From assembly GCA_963726265.1 (NCBI GenBank), contig CAVSBQ010000002.1, forward strand, positions 160,001-224,000: a stretch of 64,000 bases of DNA, read 5' to 3'. Of the stretch, positions 23,648 through 33,369 are shown in pieces; the first letter of the stretch is position 1; every line of letters begins with the position of its first letter. The DNA is from Candidatus Aenigmatarchaeota archaeon. Lineage in GTDB: Archaea; Aenigmatarchaeota; Aenigmatarchaeia; QMZP01; QMZT01. The notes under the pieces were generated by a model. It worked only from the letters and a program-made list of their open reading frames with translations. It made no database searches and had not been told where the DNA came from. Both the position numbers and the translations under genes were made by a program.

Positions 23648-24022
23648 ATGATAGACATCAACTTCAAGGGGTTGAGCACCGAAGCGACGATAGCAAAAGT
23701 GCTTATTCTCGTGGGTTTGTTGCTGAAGGTAGTTGGAGTGATAGTGATATTCGGCGGCATCGTGCCGGTAACGAATGTCAGCATGACCCTCGGAATAGCG
23801 CCTTTCACGTGGGTGCTGGCAGGAGCCCTGACGGCGTTTGGCCTGCTCGGAATAGCGGGCATAATAGTCCTTTGGAAAGGCATGAGCAAATTCAAGGCAA
23901 AGGATTATCAGGGAGTGGCCATATTCGCGCTCATAGCAGCATTCCTTCCGCCCATCGGCGCACCGGAACTCATAGGAGCAGTTCTTCTCCTGATAAGCCC
24001 TGAAATGAAAAAGGGAAAGTAA
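23648..24022 (+). CDS. Small multi-pass membrane protein
   Basis: Hydrophobic 124-aa ORF preceded by a GGTGG element. Confidence 0.7.
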   Translation: MIDINFKGLSTEATIAKVLILVGLLLKVVGVIVIFGGIVPVTNVSMTLGIAPFTWVLAGALTAFGLLGIAGIIVLWKGMSKFKAKDYQGVAIFALIAAFLPPIGAPELIGAVLLLISPEMKKGK

Positions 24023-24152
24023 AGGCTTAACAGGACCGGAAAATAAAGGATTTGTTTACTTCTTTTTATTGACTGATTTAGCCGCTGGACCGTAAACCAA
24101 AAACCCTTTTATTATATTCTAGTATATTATAGTAGAACATTTCGCTGGTCAT

Positions 24153-24264
24153 GCGCCGATAGTCTAGCCTGGTAGGACACGGGCTTCCCAAGCCTGTAAC
24201 CCGGGTTCAAAAGGCGAATGACGCGGATTTCATCCGCGTCCGTCTGAAGCTCCCGGTCGGCGCA
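24153..24264 (+). tRNA. tRNA-Gly(CCC) with a 39-nt T-loop intron at 59/60 (24212-24250)
   Basis: Acceptor stem GCGCCGA/TCGGCGC, anticodon arm CGGGC-TTCCCAA-GCCTG, BHB with central helix TTCA/TGAA. Confidence 0.9.
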
Positions 24265-24272
24265 TCAGAAGC

Positions 24273-25199
24273 TCAGCCTCCGAGATAAGGCATGAGCCTG
24301 TTCTGCCTGGAGCCGTAACCTCTCATCGAGAGCAGGTTCTGCACATGCGCCGGCAGGCGCGCCCTGTCGATGGTGGGATCGTTCTCTACGGCGAATGAAT
24401 CGTATCTCTCCCCTCCGCCTCCGCAGCCGGATTCCTGTTCGGTGGCGAGTCTCCATTCCACGGCCTCGTTCTTCCTGATTTTCTGCTCCTCTATGCCCAT
24501 GTCACCTATCCTTTCCTCGCCGGTTTCCCTGTCTATTATCCAGTATTCCCAGTATCTCGCCTTCCCCGTGGCGGGGTCGATTTCGCCGTCCCTTTTCCCG
24601 TCTATCGAGGTCACGTAGGCGGTCCTGAACTTGTCATCATGTTTCGTTTCGACGCGCATGCCGTTGTAGGGCATGGCCTTTGTGGTGAGCTCGTAGACCG
24701 TCTCTTCCTTGCCGCTGCCCTCCATGAATACGCGCTGGTATGTCCACTGGTTATTGAAGAAGACGGGATCCTCGTATTTCACGTTCGTGACGTCCGGCCT
24801 GGCCGCAGCCAGCCGGGACTGCTCGTCTTTGTAGTCGACGTTTTCGGAAAAATTAAGAATTGCGTTGTCAATAAAACCCTCTTTCGTTTCCGGCGTTACC
24901 GAGCCCGCTGCCAAGAGATAGTCCACGACCTTCCTCTTGAAAACCTCCCGATAATCATTCAGCTCCTCGGCCTCTTCCTCCCATTCCACTTCATCTTCGT
25001 CCCTGCGGACGTAATCGGTTTTCTTCCTCTTTTTCTTCCTCGAGCCGAGCTCCTCTTTCAGCATCTCCACAAGAGCCTTGTTGAGTTCCATCGCGCGCGC
25101 TTTCGCCGGCGAAGCCTTGAATGCCAGCGCCTCTTGGAGGCTGAAACCTGAATCGGAAAAGTCATCGGACATGACATCAAGAAGCGATAATTTTCTCAT
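24273..25199 (-). CDS. Hypothetical protein with an acidic N-terminus and possible DUF4430-like C-terminal domain
   Basis: YVTSIDG...YWEYWI...G..EQKI..NEAVEW pattern; domain call tentative. Confidence 0.6.
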   Translation of the reverse strand: MRKLSLLDVMSDDFSDSGFSLQEALAFKASPAKARAMELNKALVEMLKEELGSRKKKRKKTDYVRRDEDEVEWEEEAEELNDYREVFKRKVVDYLLAAGSVTPETKEGFIDNAILNFSENVDYKDEQSRLAAARPDVTNVKYEDPVFFNNQWTYQRVFMEGSGKEETVYELTTKAMPYNGMRVETKHDDKFRTAYVTSIDGKRDGEIDPATGKARYWEYWIIDRETGEERIGDMGIEEQKIRKNEAVEWRLATEQESGCGGGGERYDSFAVENDPTIDRARLPAHVQNLLSMRGYGSRQNRLMPYLGG

Positions 25200-25303
25200 G
25201 CATTAAAAATGTTTCGCTGGTTTAAATGATTTGGTGCTGCCGGCGCAAATTTTCTTTTTATAATCGGACGCCAAAATTAAACCAGATAAAAAGGAGGTAA
25301 AAC

Positions 25304-25747
25304 ATGGCTGAATACGCGGGCGTATTGCACAGGATTCTGGCAGTGATAATAGACCACGTAATTCTGGGCATAGTGGCGCTTATCATAGCGATGCCGCTGG
25401 GCTTTTCCACGATGATGTTCTCGGTAGCCAGCGTTAACCCCATGGCCATGGCCGCGAACATGTTCTCGTGGATGGCGTTTGGAGTCGTCATATTCATAAT
25501 ATGGCTTCTCTACTTCCCCTACTTCGAGAGCAAGACGGGCCAGACTCTTGGCAAGAAAGTGATGGGCATAAAGGTCACGAAAGAGGACGGCAAGGCGCTG
25601 ACCTTCGGCGACGCGCTGATAAGGACTGTTCTGAGGATCATAGACGGCCTGGGCGGTTACGTGCTTGGACTGATAGTGATCCTGGTGTCGCAGAAGAAGC
25701 AGAGGATAGGCGACATGGCTGCCAAGACGATTGTGGTGAAGGCTTGA
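25304..25747 (+). CDS. RDD family membrane protein
   Basis: RILAVIID, GQTLGK and QRIGD motifs. Confidence 0.9.
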   Translation: MAEYAGVLHRILAVIIDHVILGIVALIIAMPLGFSTMMFSVASVNPMAMAANMFSWMAFGVVIFIIWLLYFPYFESKTGQTLGKKVMGIKVTKEDGKALTFGDALIRTVLRIIDGLGGYVLGLIVILVSQKKQRIGDMAAKTIVVKA

Positions 25748-25945
25748 TTTTTTGCCTTTTCCTTTAATTTTTATTTAGCATTAGCAGTGGTAATACTGTT
25801 TACTAAACAATATATTTAACTGGTTCTGTTCAATATATTATATTACAGGGGTTCGAAACCTGAAAACATAATCATCGAGTCTTGCTGAGGGCTTGGGGTA
25901 TTGGAGTGTCGGGGTAGCAGAGAAGATAGCAGAAAGGTGTTTTTT

Positions 25946-27802
25946 ATGCCGTTCAATCCGGACCTTCTTGAGAAAGAGGGCAGGAAAGTCGTGTTGCTTG
26001 GGAACGAAGCGATTGCGCGCGGCGCGATGGAGGCAGGCATGGGTTTGTGCGCCTGCTATCCGGGGACGCCGAGCTCCGAAGTCGGCATAGCGCTTTCTTC
26101 TGTCGCGAAGCAGGCCGGGTTCTATTTCGAGTGGAGCACGAACGAGAAAGTCGCGACGGAAGTGTGCATAGGGGCGGCATTCTCCGGCGTGCGCGCGCTT
26201 TCCGCCATGAAGCATTTCGGCCTCAACGTGGCGAGCGACTCGCTGCTGCCGATCGCATACACAGGCGTGCCGGGCGCGCTGGTCATAATGGTGGCGGACG
26301 ACCCGCTGGGCCACAGCTCAGCGCAGACCGAGCAGGATACCAGGTTTTATGGAAGGATGGGCAAAATCCCGACGCTGGAGCCGTCCGACACACAAGAAGC
26401 GAAAGACTACACGAAACTCGCTTTCGACATATCCGCCAAATACCAGCTGCCCGTGTTCCTGCGCACGACCACGATGGTTTCCCATTCCGTCGGGACGGTC
26501 AAGCTCGGGAAGATGCCTGCGGTGCGGAAGACGAAAGGGAGGTTTGTCAAGGACCTGGAAAGGTTCAACTGCATCCCGCCCAGGCTGCAGACGCTGCACC
26601 ATGCCCTCAACAAAAAGCTGGAGCAGATAGAAGTCGCCTACGAACATCTCAACCGGGCAGAAGGCGCGGGGACGACCGGGATTCTCACGAGCGGGGTTTC
26701 CTACCAGTACGCGAAGGAGCTTGGCTTGAAAGGAGTGAGGATAGGCAAGATAGGCATGACCTACCCGATATCGAGGAAATTCGTCCGGAACTTCATCCGC
26801 GGCCTGAAGAAGATCATAGTTCTTGAAGAGCTTGAACCAGTGGTCGAAAGCTTCGTGCGAATGCTGGCGAAGGACGTCAACCCGTCGCTCGAGATACACG
26901 GCAAGGATTTGCTGTCGAGGGTCGGCGAATACAATTCCGAGATTATCCTGAAGGCGATTGCGCCGATACTCAAAATAAAGAGCCCTGACTTCACCATGCA
27001 CGAGATGCACCTCAAGAAAGTAACGCTTCCTGTGAGGAAAGCGGTCCTCTGCCCGGGCTGCCCGCACAGGTCGACTTTCTACGCAGTGAAGAAGGTCATG
27101 GGCGAGCAGACCATATGGGGCGGCGACATCGGATGCTACGTCCTCGGCATACAGGAGCCTTTCAAGATGCAGGACTTCATAATCTCAATGGGCTCGAGCA
27201 TCGGCATCTCCCACGGCATACAGATGGTGAGCGACCAGAAAATCGCCCTGTTCATCGGCGACTCGACGTTCTTCCATGCCGGCCTTTCGGGCCTGGCGAA
27301 CACGAAAGCGCACGGCACGAAGCCGCTCGTGGTGATACTTGACAACGGCATCACGGCGATGACGGGCCACCAGCCGAACCCGGGCAGCGATTTCACGGGC
27401 ATGGGCGAGAAGAGGGAGCCGATGAAGATAGAAAATATTGTCAAGGCCTTCGGCATAGACAACATACGCATCGCGAATTCGTTCAGCCAGAAGGAGCTGC
27501 AGGACGCCATAAAGGAGCTGACATCGAAGGACGAGATAGGCGTGCTCATATCGCGCGGGCTGTGCAGGCTTTACATGCACCGCCTGCTGAAGAGGCAGGG
27601 CGGCGAGTTCACGAAGTTCCAGGTCGCGCCAGACAAGTGCAAGAAATGCCTGGCGTGCGTGCACCAGTTCGCGTGCCCGGCCATAATGCACGATGGCAAC
27701 AAGGTCTACATCAGGGAGGACATGTGCTGGGGCTGCGGGGTGTGCGCGCAGATATGCCCCACGGGAGCGATACTGCCGGCGCAGAGGGAGAAAAAAACCT
27801 GA
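25946..27802 (+). CDS. iorA: Indolepyruvate:ferredoxin oxidoreductase alpha subunit
   Basis: LLGNEAIARG, YPGTPSSE, CPGCPHR, GDSTFFH motifs and C-terminal ferredoxin Cys motifs. Confidence 0.93.
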   Translation: MPFNPDLLEKEGRKVVLLGNEAIARGAMEAGMGLCACYPGTPSSEVGIALSSVAKQAGFYFEWSTNEKVATEVCIGAAFSGVRALSAMKHFGLNVASDSLLPIAYTGVPGALVIMVADDPLGHSSAQTEQDTRFYGRMGKIPTLEPSDTQEAKDYTKLAFDISAKYQLPVFLRTTTMVSHSVGTVKLGKMPAVRKTKGRFVKDLERFNCIPPRLQTLHHALNKKLEQIEVAYEHLNRAEGAGTTGILTSGVSYQYAKELGLKGVRIGKIGMTYPISRKFVRNFIRGLKKIIVLEELEPVVESFVRMLAKDVNPSLEIHGKDLLSRVGEYNSEIILKAIAPILKIKSPDFTMHEMHLKKVTLPVRKAVLCPGCPHRSTFYAVKKVMGEQTIWGGDIGCYVLGIQEPFKMQDFIISMGSSIGISHGIQMVSDQKIALFIGDSTFFHAGLSGLANTKAHGTKPLVVILDNGITAMTGHQPNPGSDFTGMGEKREPMKIENIVKAFGIDNIRIANSFSQKELQDAIKELTSKDEIGVLISRGLCRLYMHRLLKRQGGEFTKFQVAPDKCKKCLACVHQFACPAIMHDGNKVYIREDMCWGCGVCAQICPTGAILPAQREKKT

Positions 27803-27825
27803 GGGGAAAAGCGGGAAGTGATTGA

Positions 27826-28413
27826 ATGCTGTGCAACATGCTGATTACGGGCGTGGGAGGCGAGGGAGTCCTGGTCACGTCCGTCATTGTATCGAGGGCG
27901 GCTAATTTCGAAGGTTTCGAAGTCAGGGGAACGCAACTGCACGGCCTCGCCCAGAGGGGCGGCGCTATACCGGCGCACGTCAGGTTCGGCACAAAGGTCT
28001 ACTCGCCGCTCATACCGCGCGGCCAGGCGGACCTGATTTTCGCGCTTGAGCCGCTGGAGGCTGCGAGGTTCTGCTATTTCGCCAGCAGGGAGAGGACCAA
28101 TTTCCTTGTGGACACGTATCCCATGATGCCCGTCTACGCGAACCTCTTCGACCAGCCCTACCCGTCATACGAAAAAATAAAGGCCATGATAAAGCCGTTC
28201 GCCAGGAAGGACATTTTCATCGACGCCTCGAACATATGCTTCAGCAAGCTCGGGGAAGCGGTCTACGGCAACGTGATGATGCTTGGCGTCGCGCTTGCGA
28301 AGGGTATGCTGCCGCTGAAGAAGGAATCTATCATCCAGGCGATAAAGGCGACGATCAAGGAGCCGGAGAAAGACATGCAGGCCTTCAGGCTGGGGCTGGA
28401 CTACAGGGACTGA
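27826..28413 (+). CDS. iorB: Indolepyruvate:ferredoxin oxidoreductase beta subunit
   Basis: GVGGEG, HGLAQRGG, ADLIFALEPLEA and NVMMLG motifs. Confidence 0.92.
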   Translation: MLCNMLITGVGGEGVLVTSVIVSRAANFEGFEVRGTQLHGLAQRGGAIPAHVRFGTKVYSPLIPRGQADLIFALEPLEAARFCYFASRERTNFLVDTYPMMPVYANLFDQPYPSYEKIKAMIKPFARKDIFIDASNICFSKLGEAVYGNVMMLGVALAKGMLPLKKESIIQAIKATIKEPEKDMQAFRLGLDYRD

Positions 28414-28458
28414 AGAATTTTTTTCTGAAAATACGGAAAAGGCAAATGCTTCTGGATT

Positions 28459-30783
28459 TTATTCCCTGAGGTAGCTCCATGCATGCAGCTTGTCGCTGTC
28501 CTCGACCCACCTGTCGCCGATGTCGTGCCTGTAATACATGTTGGGGATGAGGATGTTGCTTATCCTGTTGTAGACCTGGTTCTGGGCCTGCCTCATCGTC
28601 GAGCTCATGCCGACGGCGATGAGCACGACGCCGGAATGGCCGGTTATCAGCCACTCGCCGTTGACGAGCTTGACGTCCTCGATGTGGATGCCTTCCATGT
28701 TCGGCTTCTTGAAGACGACGACCGCATCCTTCGACGTCGTTTCAAACGCTTCAGTGTCGGTGAACGGGAACGGCGACGTCACGACGCGCACGCCGACCTG
28801 GAAGCCGCTCCTGACCTTCAGCTTCGTGCCGTTCCCCCTGGCGAGCTCGTGAAGGAACTGGCCTATGGGGGTAATCATGCTCTCCTGCTGTATGCTGATG
28901 GTCGGGTAGCCGAACCTCGACGTGAATTCGAGCGGGTACATGCCGTAGCTGTTGACTATGCAGTTGATGTCGATGTAGCCGACATACCCTTCCTCTTTCA
29001 GCTTCGGCTCCATCTTCTTGAGCGTCGCGTTGAAAATCTTGTTGGGCATGGACCAGAACATCGAGGTGTTGCCGCACCAGAAGGGCTTGCCGTTCCTTCT
29101 GACATACATTATATGGTTTTTCACCGTGGCGCAATAGACCTTCCCGGAATAAGCTATTTTTTTGACATCCCTCTTGTCTATCCACGAATCGAGTTTCCTC
29201 ACCCTTTCCAGGATTTCGTACTGGACGCCCGAGCAGTCGGCGAAATGGTCCTTTATCCATCGCTTCCCTTCGCGCTGCCTTTTCTTTATGATGCCGACTT
29301 TCCCGGTCTTCAGCAGGAGTTCCTGTATGCCGTCCGCCATGAGCTTCGAGCAGGTGTAGAATATCCTGAAGCCCTTCATCTGGGTGGCGTCGCCCAGCGC
29401 GAACCAGCGCAGGAAAATGTCAATCTGCCTCGGGCCCAGTTCCCTGACGAACGAAGGGACGTGCTTGTCATGAGCCTTGCCGAAGGCTTCGAGGTAGCTG
29501 TAAAGCTGTTTGTCATAAGCGTAGAATTCGCCGTCTCCCTTGGTGAAGCTGAAGGGAAGCGTTTTGAGCATTTCTTCTATCAACTCCGTTTTGCCGGCAG
29601 TCTTCTGGGCGATGCTTATCTTGCCGTAAGAGGCGGAGCCTTCCGCAAGCCAGATGCCCATGAAAGCAAGCCAGTCGTCCATTGGGATTTCCACATCGCC
29701 TGTCTGCTGGAAAACGACCTGTTTTCCGGAGTAATGGCCGACCGGAACCGACGGCAGGACAAAATACTGCTGCTCCTGGCCAACCCACGTGCCCGTCCTG
29801 GGTATGACCGACTGGCATTCCAGGTCGCGCGCCTTGACGAAGCCGAATTTTTCAGCCCTTTTCCTGGCATTCCATTGGCTGGCAACATACATGTTGTGGT
29901 CCGGTGTGACGGCGATGTCTAGGGTCTGATTCTGCACCGAAACCAGCTCCCTGTGGTGGCTGAAAGACACGATGACCTCAGGCCTGTGGAATTCTATCAC
30001 ATGACCCGAGGGGTTGAGCGTGCACAGCTCGTCATAATAATTCAGCTCCCTGAAGAATTTCCAGCCGTTCCTGGTGAGGACCTCGGTCTGGTCGTCATAG
30101 CATCCCATCTCGCCGGTCGATGGCCCGATGTTGCCGGGGAAGAGCTTCTTGTGCTCGAAATTGACGTTGATCGGATAGATGAATTCCTTGCCGTTGAAGA
30201 ACGCGCCTACAGCGACTTCGACGCCGGAAATCTTGCGCTGGAGCTGGAACACCTTGATGCGCTCGGACCATGCCTTCTTGTAGTGCTCGAGGACCTGGAT
30301 GACGTCCTTGCCGTCGTCCTCCTCGCCCACGAAGAGGAGCTGCTTGACGTTCTGCGCCTCGCCGCTCGGCTTTATCACGTATTTGCCGGGATGCTCCTGC
30401 ACGAAGTTTATGGCGTCGTCGAAAGAGGTGAAGTTCCAGCTCGGTATCGTCGTCACGCCGGCCTTCTTCAGCTCGTCCTGGCCGAAACCGCGATCATCTT
30501 CGAGCATGTCAGTGTACGGAGTCCCGCCGACGACGAGCTTGCCCTCCTGCCTGAGCTTCTGCGCCTTGGTCCCCTCGCCGAGGACGTCGTCGAAAACTAT
30601 GACATCCGCCCAGTCCACTTCCTTCTTCCAGTCGTCCGTCTTCGGCACGAAGCCGTCGGCGATTTCCTTCTCGCTGGGCGTCTCGATGAAATATTTGACC
30701 TCATGTCCCTCCTTCACGACCTGCCAAGCTATGTCGCCTATGAGGGCATCAATAGAGACAAAAAGAAATTTTTTCCTTTCCAT
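28459..30783 (-). CDS. PurD-like ATP-grasp ligase containing an intein (~429 aa after splicing)
   Basis: LEDDRGFGQ, VIKP, EHKKLFPGNIGPSTGEMG and LEFTSRFGYP motifs; lacks the canonical GSGGREH N-terminal motif. Confidence 0.85.
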   Translation of the reverse strand: MERKKFLFVSIDALIGDIAWQVVKEGHEVKYFIETPSEKEIADGFVPKTDDWKKEVDWADVIVFDDVLGEGTKAQKLRQEGKLVVGGTPYTDMLEDDRGFGQDELKKAGVTTIPSWNFTSFDDAINFVQEHPGKYVIKPSGEAQNVKQLLFVGEEDDGKDVIQVLEHYKKAWSERIKVFQLQRKISGVEVAVGAFFNGKEFIYPINVNFEHKKLFPGNIGPSTGEMGCYDDQTEVLTRNGWKFFRELNYYDELCTLNPSGHVIEFHRPEVIVSFSHHRELVSVQNQTLDIAVTPDHNMYVASQWNARKRAEKFGFVKARDLECQSVIPRTGTWVGQEQQYFVLPSVPVGHYSGKQVVFQQTGDVEIPMDDWLAFMGIWLAEGSASYGKISIAQKTAGKTELIEEMLKTLPFSFTKGDGEFYAYDKQLYSYLEAFGKAHDKHVPSFVRELGPRQIDIFLRWFALGDATQMKGFRIFYTCSKLMADGIQELLLKTGKVGIIKKRQREGKRWIKDHFADCSGVQYEILERVRKLDSWIDKRDVKKIAYSGKVYCATVKNHIMYVRRNGKPFWCGNTSMFWSMPNKIFNATLKKMEPKLKEEGYVGYIDINCIVNSYGMYPLEFTSRFGYPTISIQQESMITPIGQFLHELARGNGTKLKVRSGFQVGVRVVTSPFPFTDTEAFETTSKDAVVVFKKPNMEGIHIEDVKLVNGEWLITGHSGVVLIAVGMSSTMRQAQNQVYNRISNILIPNMYYRHDIGDRWVEDSDKLHAWSYLRE
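29068..30102 (-). mobile_element. Intein with a LAGLIDADG endonuclease domain (345 aa)
   Basis: Starts CYDDQTEVLTRNGWK, has block B VTPDH and motifs FMGIWLAEGS/FLRWFALGDA, ends YSGKVYCATV..WCGN followed by Thr. Confidence 0.93.
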
Positions 30784-30987
30784 GTTTCCAGAAACTCGCC
30801 GGCAAATTAATTACAATTTATATTATGTATGAACACCTTTAAAAATGATGATGTTTTACGGATGTAAAATATTGCAAAAATGCTGTGGAACGGGCGGCTG
30901 GCCGGAAAAAACGACACGCTTTTATAGCAAAAAACGGAAAAGATAATCTGAATGCTTTCATAAGGCGATAAAAGCGCCGGAGGTGTC

Positions 30988-32178
30988 TTGATGAAAAACC
31001 AGAAAAACAGGCTGCAGTTCCTCAAGGATGAGCTTGAAGGTTTGAAAAGGGAGAATCTTTTCACTACCCTGCCCGTGCTCAGCACGCCGCAGGGAGCGAG
31101 GGTGACAATAAACGGAAAAAAGGTCCTCACGCTTTCGACCAACAACTACCTGGGCTTCGCCAACCATCCGAGGCTGGCGGCGGCTGCGAAGAAGGCGATG
31201 GACAAGTGGGGCTTCGGCTGCGGCGCCGTAAGGCAAATTGCGGGCACGATGGAAATCCACAACGAGGCCGAGGAAATGCTGGCAAAATACAAGCATACCG
31301 AAGCATCGCTGATTTTCGTCGCAGGCATAGCCGCGAACCGCGGGACCATCCAGGTGCTCATGGGCGAAGGCGACGTCATAATAAGCGACGAGCTGAACCA
31401 TGGCAGCATAATCGACGGCGTGCGGCTTACGAAGGCGGACAAGAAGATTTACCTGCATCTTGACATGGCGGGTCTGGAGAAAGCCCTGAAAGAATCGCAG
31501 GGTGCCAGGCGCCGGCTAGTAGTCACAGATGGCGTGTTCAGCATGGACGGCGACATCGCACCGCTCGACCGGATAGTCGAACTCGCTGAGAAATACGACG
31601 CCATAACCATGGTCGATGACGCGCACGGCGACGGCGTGCTTGGAAAGGATGGGAGAGGCATAGTCGACCACTTCAACCTCCATGGCCGCGTCGACATAGA
31701 CATGGGCACGCTTTCCAAAGCCTTCGGATGCCTCGGAGGATATATAGCAGGCCGCCAGGAGCTGAGGGATTATCTCATCAACCGCGCCCGCTCGTTCATC
31801 TTCACCACGGCGCACCCGCCCTGCGTGACGGCCGCGATAATGGAAGCGCTCAGAATCGTGCAGGACGAGCCGCAGCATCTCAAGCGCCTTTGGGACAACA
31901 CGAAGTTCTTCAAGGAGGGCTTGCGAAACCTCGGCTTCAATATCGGGCGCAGCCAGACGCCGATCACGCCTGTCATAGTCGGCGAAAGCGCGACTGCGCA
32001 GAAGCTGAGCCGTTCGCTGTTCGAACACGGCGTGTTCGTGAAGCCGATATTATATCCGCTGGTCTCGAAAGACGCCGCCAGGGTGAGGAACATCGTCACG
32101 GCGGAGCACACGCAAGAAGACCTGCAGTTCGCGCTCGACGTCTACAGGAAGGTCGGCAGGGAAATGAAACTCATCTAA
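30988..32178 (+). CDS. kbl: Glycine C-acetyltransferase (2-amino-3-ketobutyrate CoA ligase)
   Basis: NNYLG, DELNHGSIIDG, DGVFSMDG, DDAHG and GTLSKA motifs; lies next to threonine dehydrogenase. Confidence 0.88.
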   Translation: MMKNQKNRLQFLKDELEGLKRENLFTTLPVLSTPQGARVTINGKKVLTLSTNNYLGFANHPRLAAAAKKAMDKWGFGCGAVRQIAGTMEIHNEAEEMLAKYKHTEASLIFVAGIAANRGTIQVLMGEGDVIISDELNHGSIIDGVRLTKADKKIYLHLDMAGLEKALKESQGARRRLVVTDGVFSMDGDIAPLDRIVELAEKYDAITMVDDAHGDGVLGKDGRGIVDHFNLHGRVDIDMGTLSKAFGCLGGYIAGRQELRDYLINRARSFIFTTAHPPCVTAAIMEALRIVQDEPQHLKRLWDNTKFFKEGLRNLGFNIGRSQTPITPVIVGESATAQKLSRSLFEHGVFVKPILYPLVSKDAARVRNIVTAEHTQEDLQFALDVYRKVGREMKLI

Positions 32179-32216
32179 AGTTTTATAACTTACCTTCACT
32201 TTATTTTCATAAAAGC

Positions 32217-32289
32217 GGGCCGGTAGTCTAGCGGTTATGACGTCGCGCTTACAACGCGAAGGCCGCAGGTTCGATTCCTGCCCGGCCCA
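32217..32289 (+). tRNA. tRNA-Val(TAC), no intron
   Basis: Acceptor stem GGGCCGG/CCGGCCC, anticodon arm TCGCG-CTTACAA-CGCGA, T-loop TTCGATT. Confidence 0.93.
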
Positions 32290-32323
32290 TTATCGCAAAG
32301 ATAATTATAAGGGGTTAGGTGGA

Positions 32324-33280
32324 ATGGCAAAAATTTTGGTTACAGGCGCAACGGGCCAGATAGGCACGAGCCTCGTGCCCGCCCTGAGGGAGAAGTATGG
32401 CAGCAGCAACGTAATCGCGACAGGCCACAGGAATATGCCTGATGAAGCTTTCATAAAAGCCGGGCCCTTCGAAATCGCCGATGCGACCAGCAAGGAAGCC
32501 TTGCGCGGCATGATAGAGAAATACCACATAAACACGGTTTACCACCTCGTCTCGCTGCTTTCCGCTACCGGAGAGAAGAACCCCGACCTCGCCTGGCACG
32601 TCAACATGACGAGTCTGAAGAACGTCCTTGACCTGGCTAGGGAATATGAAATGCGGGTGTTCTGGCCCAGTTCCATTGCCGCTTTCGGCCCGACGACGCC
32701 CAGGAACAAAACGCCCCAGGCGACCATACTGGAGCCGAACACGATGTATGGCGTGACGAAAGTCGCGGGCGAGCTGCTTTGCAATTATTATTTCCACAAA
32801 TACGGCGTCGACGTCCGAAGCCTCCGCTACCCCGGCATCATAAGCTACAAGGCGCTGCCGGGAGGCGGGACGACTGACTACGCCGTCGAAATATTCTACG
32901 AGGCGCTGAAAAACAGGAGATACAAATGCTTCCTGCGCGAGGACTCGACGCTCCCCATGATGTACATGGACGACGCGATACGGGCGACCATCGGCATCAT
33001 GGACGCGCCGCCGGAGAAGATAAAGACCCGCACCGGCTACAACCTGGCGGCCATAAGCTTCTCGCCGGGAGAAATCGCCGCGGAGATAAGGAAACACATC
33101 CCCGCCTTCGCATGCACCTATGAGCCCGACTTCCGCCAGGCCATCGCGGACTCGTGGCCGAAGGTCATCGACGACTCGCAGGCGAGGAAGGACTGGGGCT
33201 GGAGGCACGCATACGACCTCGCGAAAATGACGAGAGACATGCTTGACAAGCTGGGCACGAAACTGGGCGTAAAGTACTGA
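32324..33280 (+). CDS. SDR-type L-threonine 3-dehydrogenase
   Basis: GATGQIG, LLSATGE, PSSIAAFG, YGVTK, PGGGTTDY and RQAIADSWP motifs. Confidence 0.88.
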   Translation: MAKILVTGATGQIGTSLVPALREKYGSSNVIATGHRNMPDEAFIKAGPFEIADATSKEALRGMIEKYHINTVYHLVSLLSATGEKNPDLAWHVNMTSLKNVLDLAREYEMRVFWPSSIAAFGPTTPRNKTPQATILEPNTMYGVTKVAGELLCNYYFHKYGVDVRSLRYPGIISYKALPGGGTTDYAVEIFYEALKNRRYKCFLREDSTLPMMYMDDAIRATIGIMDAPPEKIKTRTGYNLAAISFSPGEIAAEIRKHIPAFACTYEPDFRQAIADSWPKVIDDSQARKDWGWRHAYDLAKMTRDMLDKLGTKLGVKY

Positions 33281-33369
33281 TGGGCATGTTTTGCAGGAGT
33301 TCGTGGCACAAAAACCTTTTTTAAGTCTAAATGTGATTTTTTTATTTACCGTGCGGGTTTGGGGTTTAT

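Noticed and set aside
25840..25940. TPP riboswitch upstream of iorA
   Set aside because: ACCTGA/ATAAT and GCTGAG-like words occur in the wrong order, and the expected stems are absent.
32237..32323. N-terminal extension of the threonine dehydrogenase ORF
   Set aside because: It overlaps tRNA-Val; ATG 32324 follows an AGGTGG element and starts the Rossmann motif.
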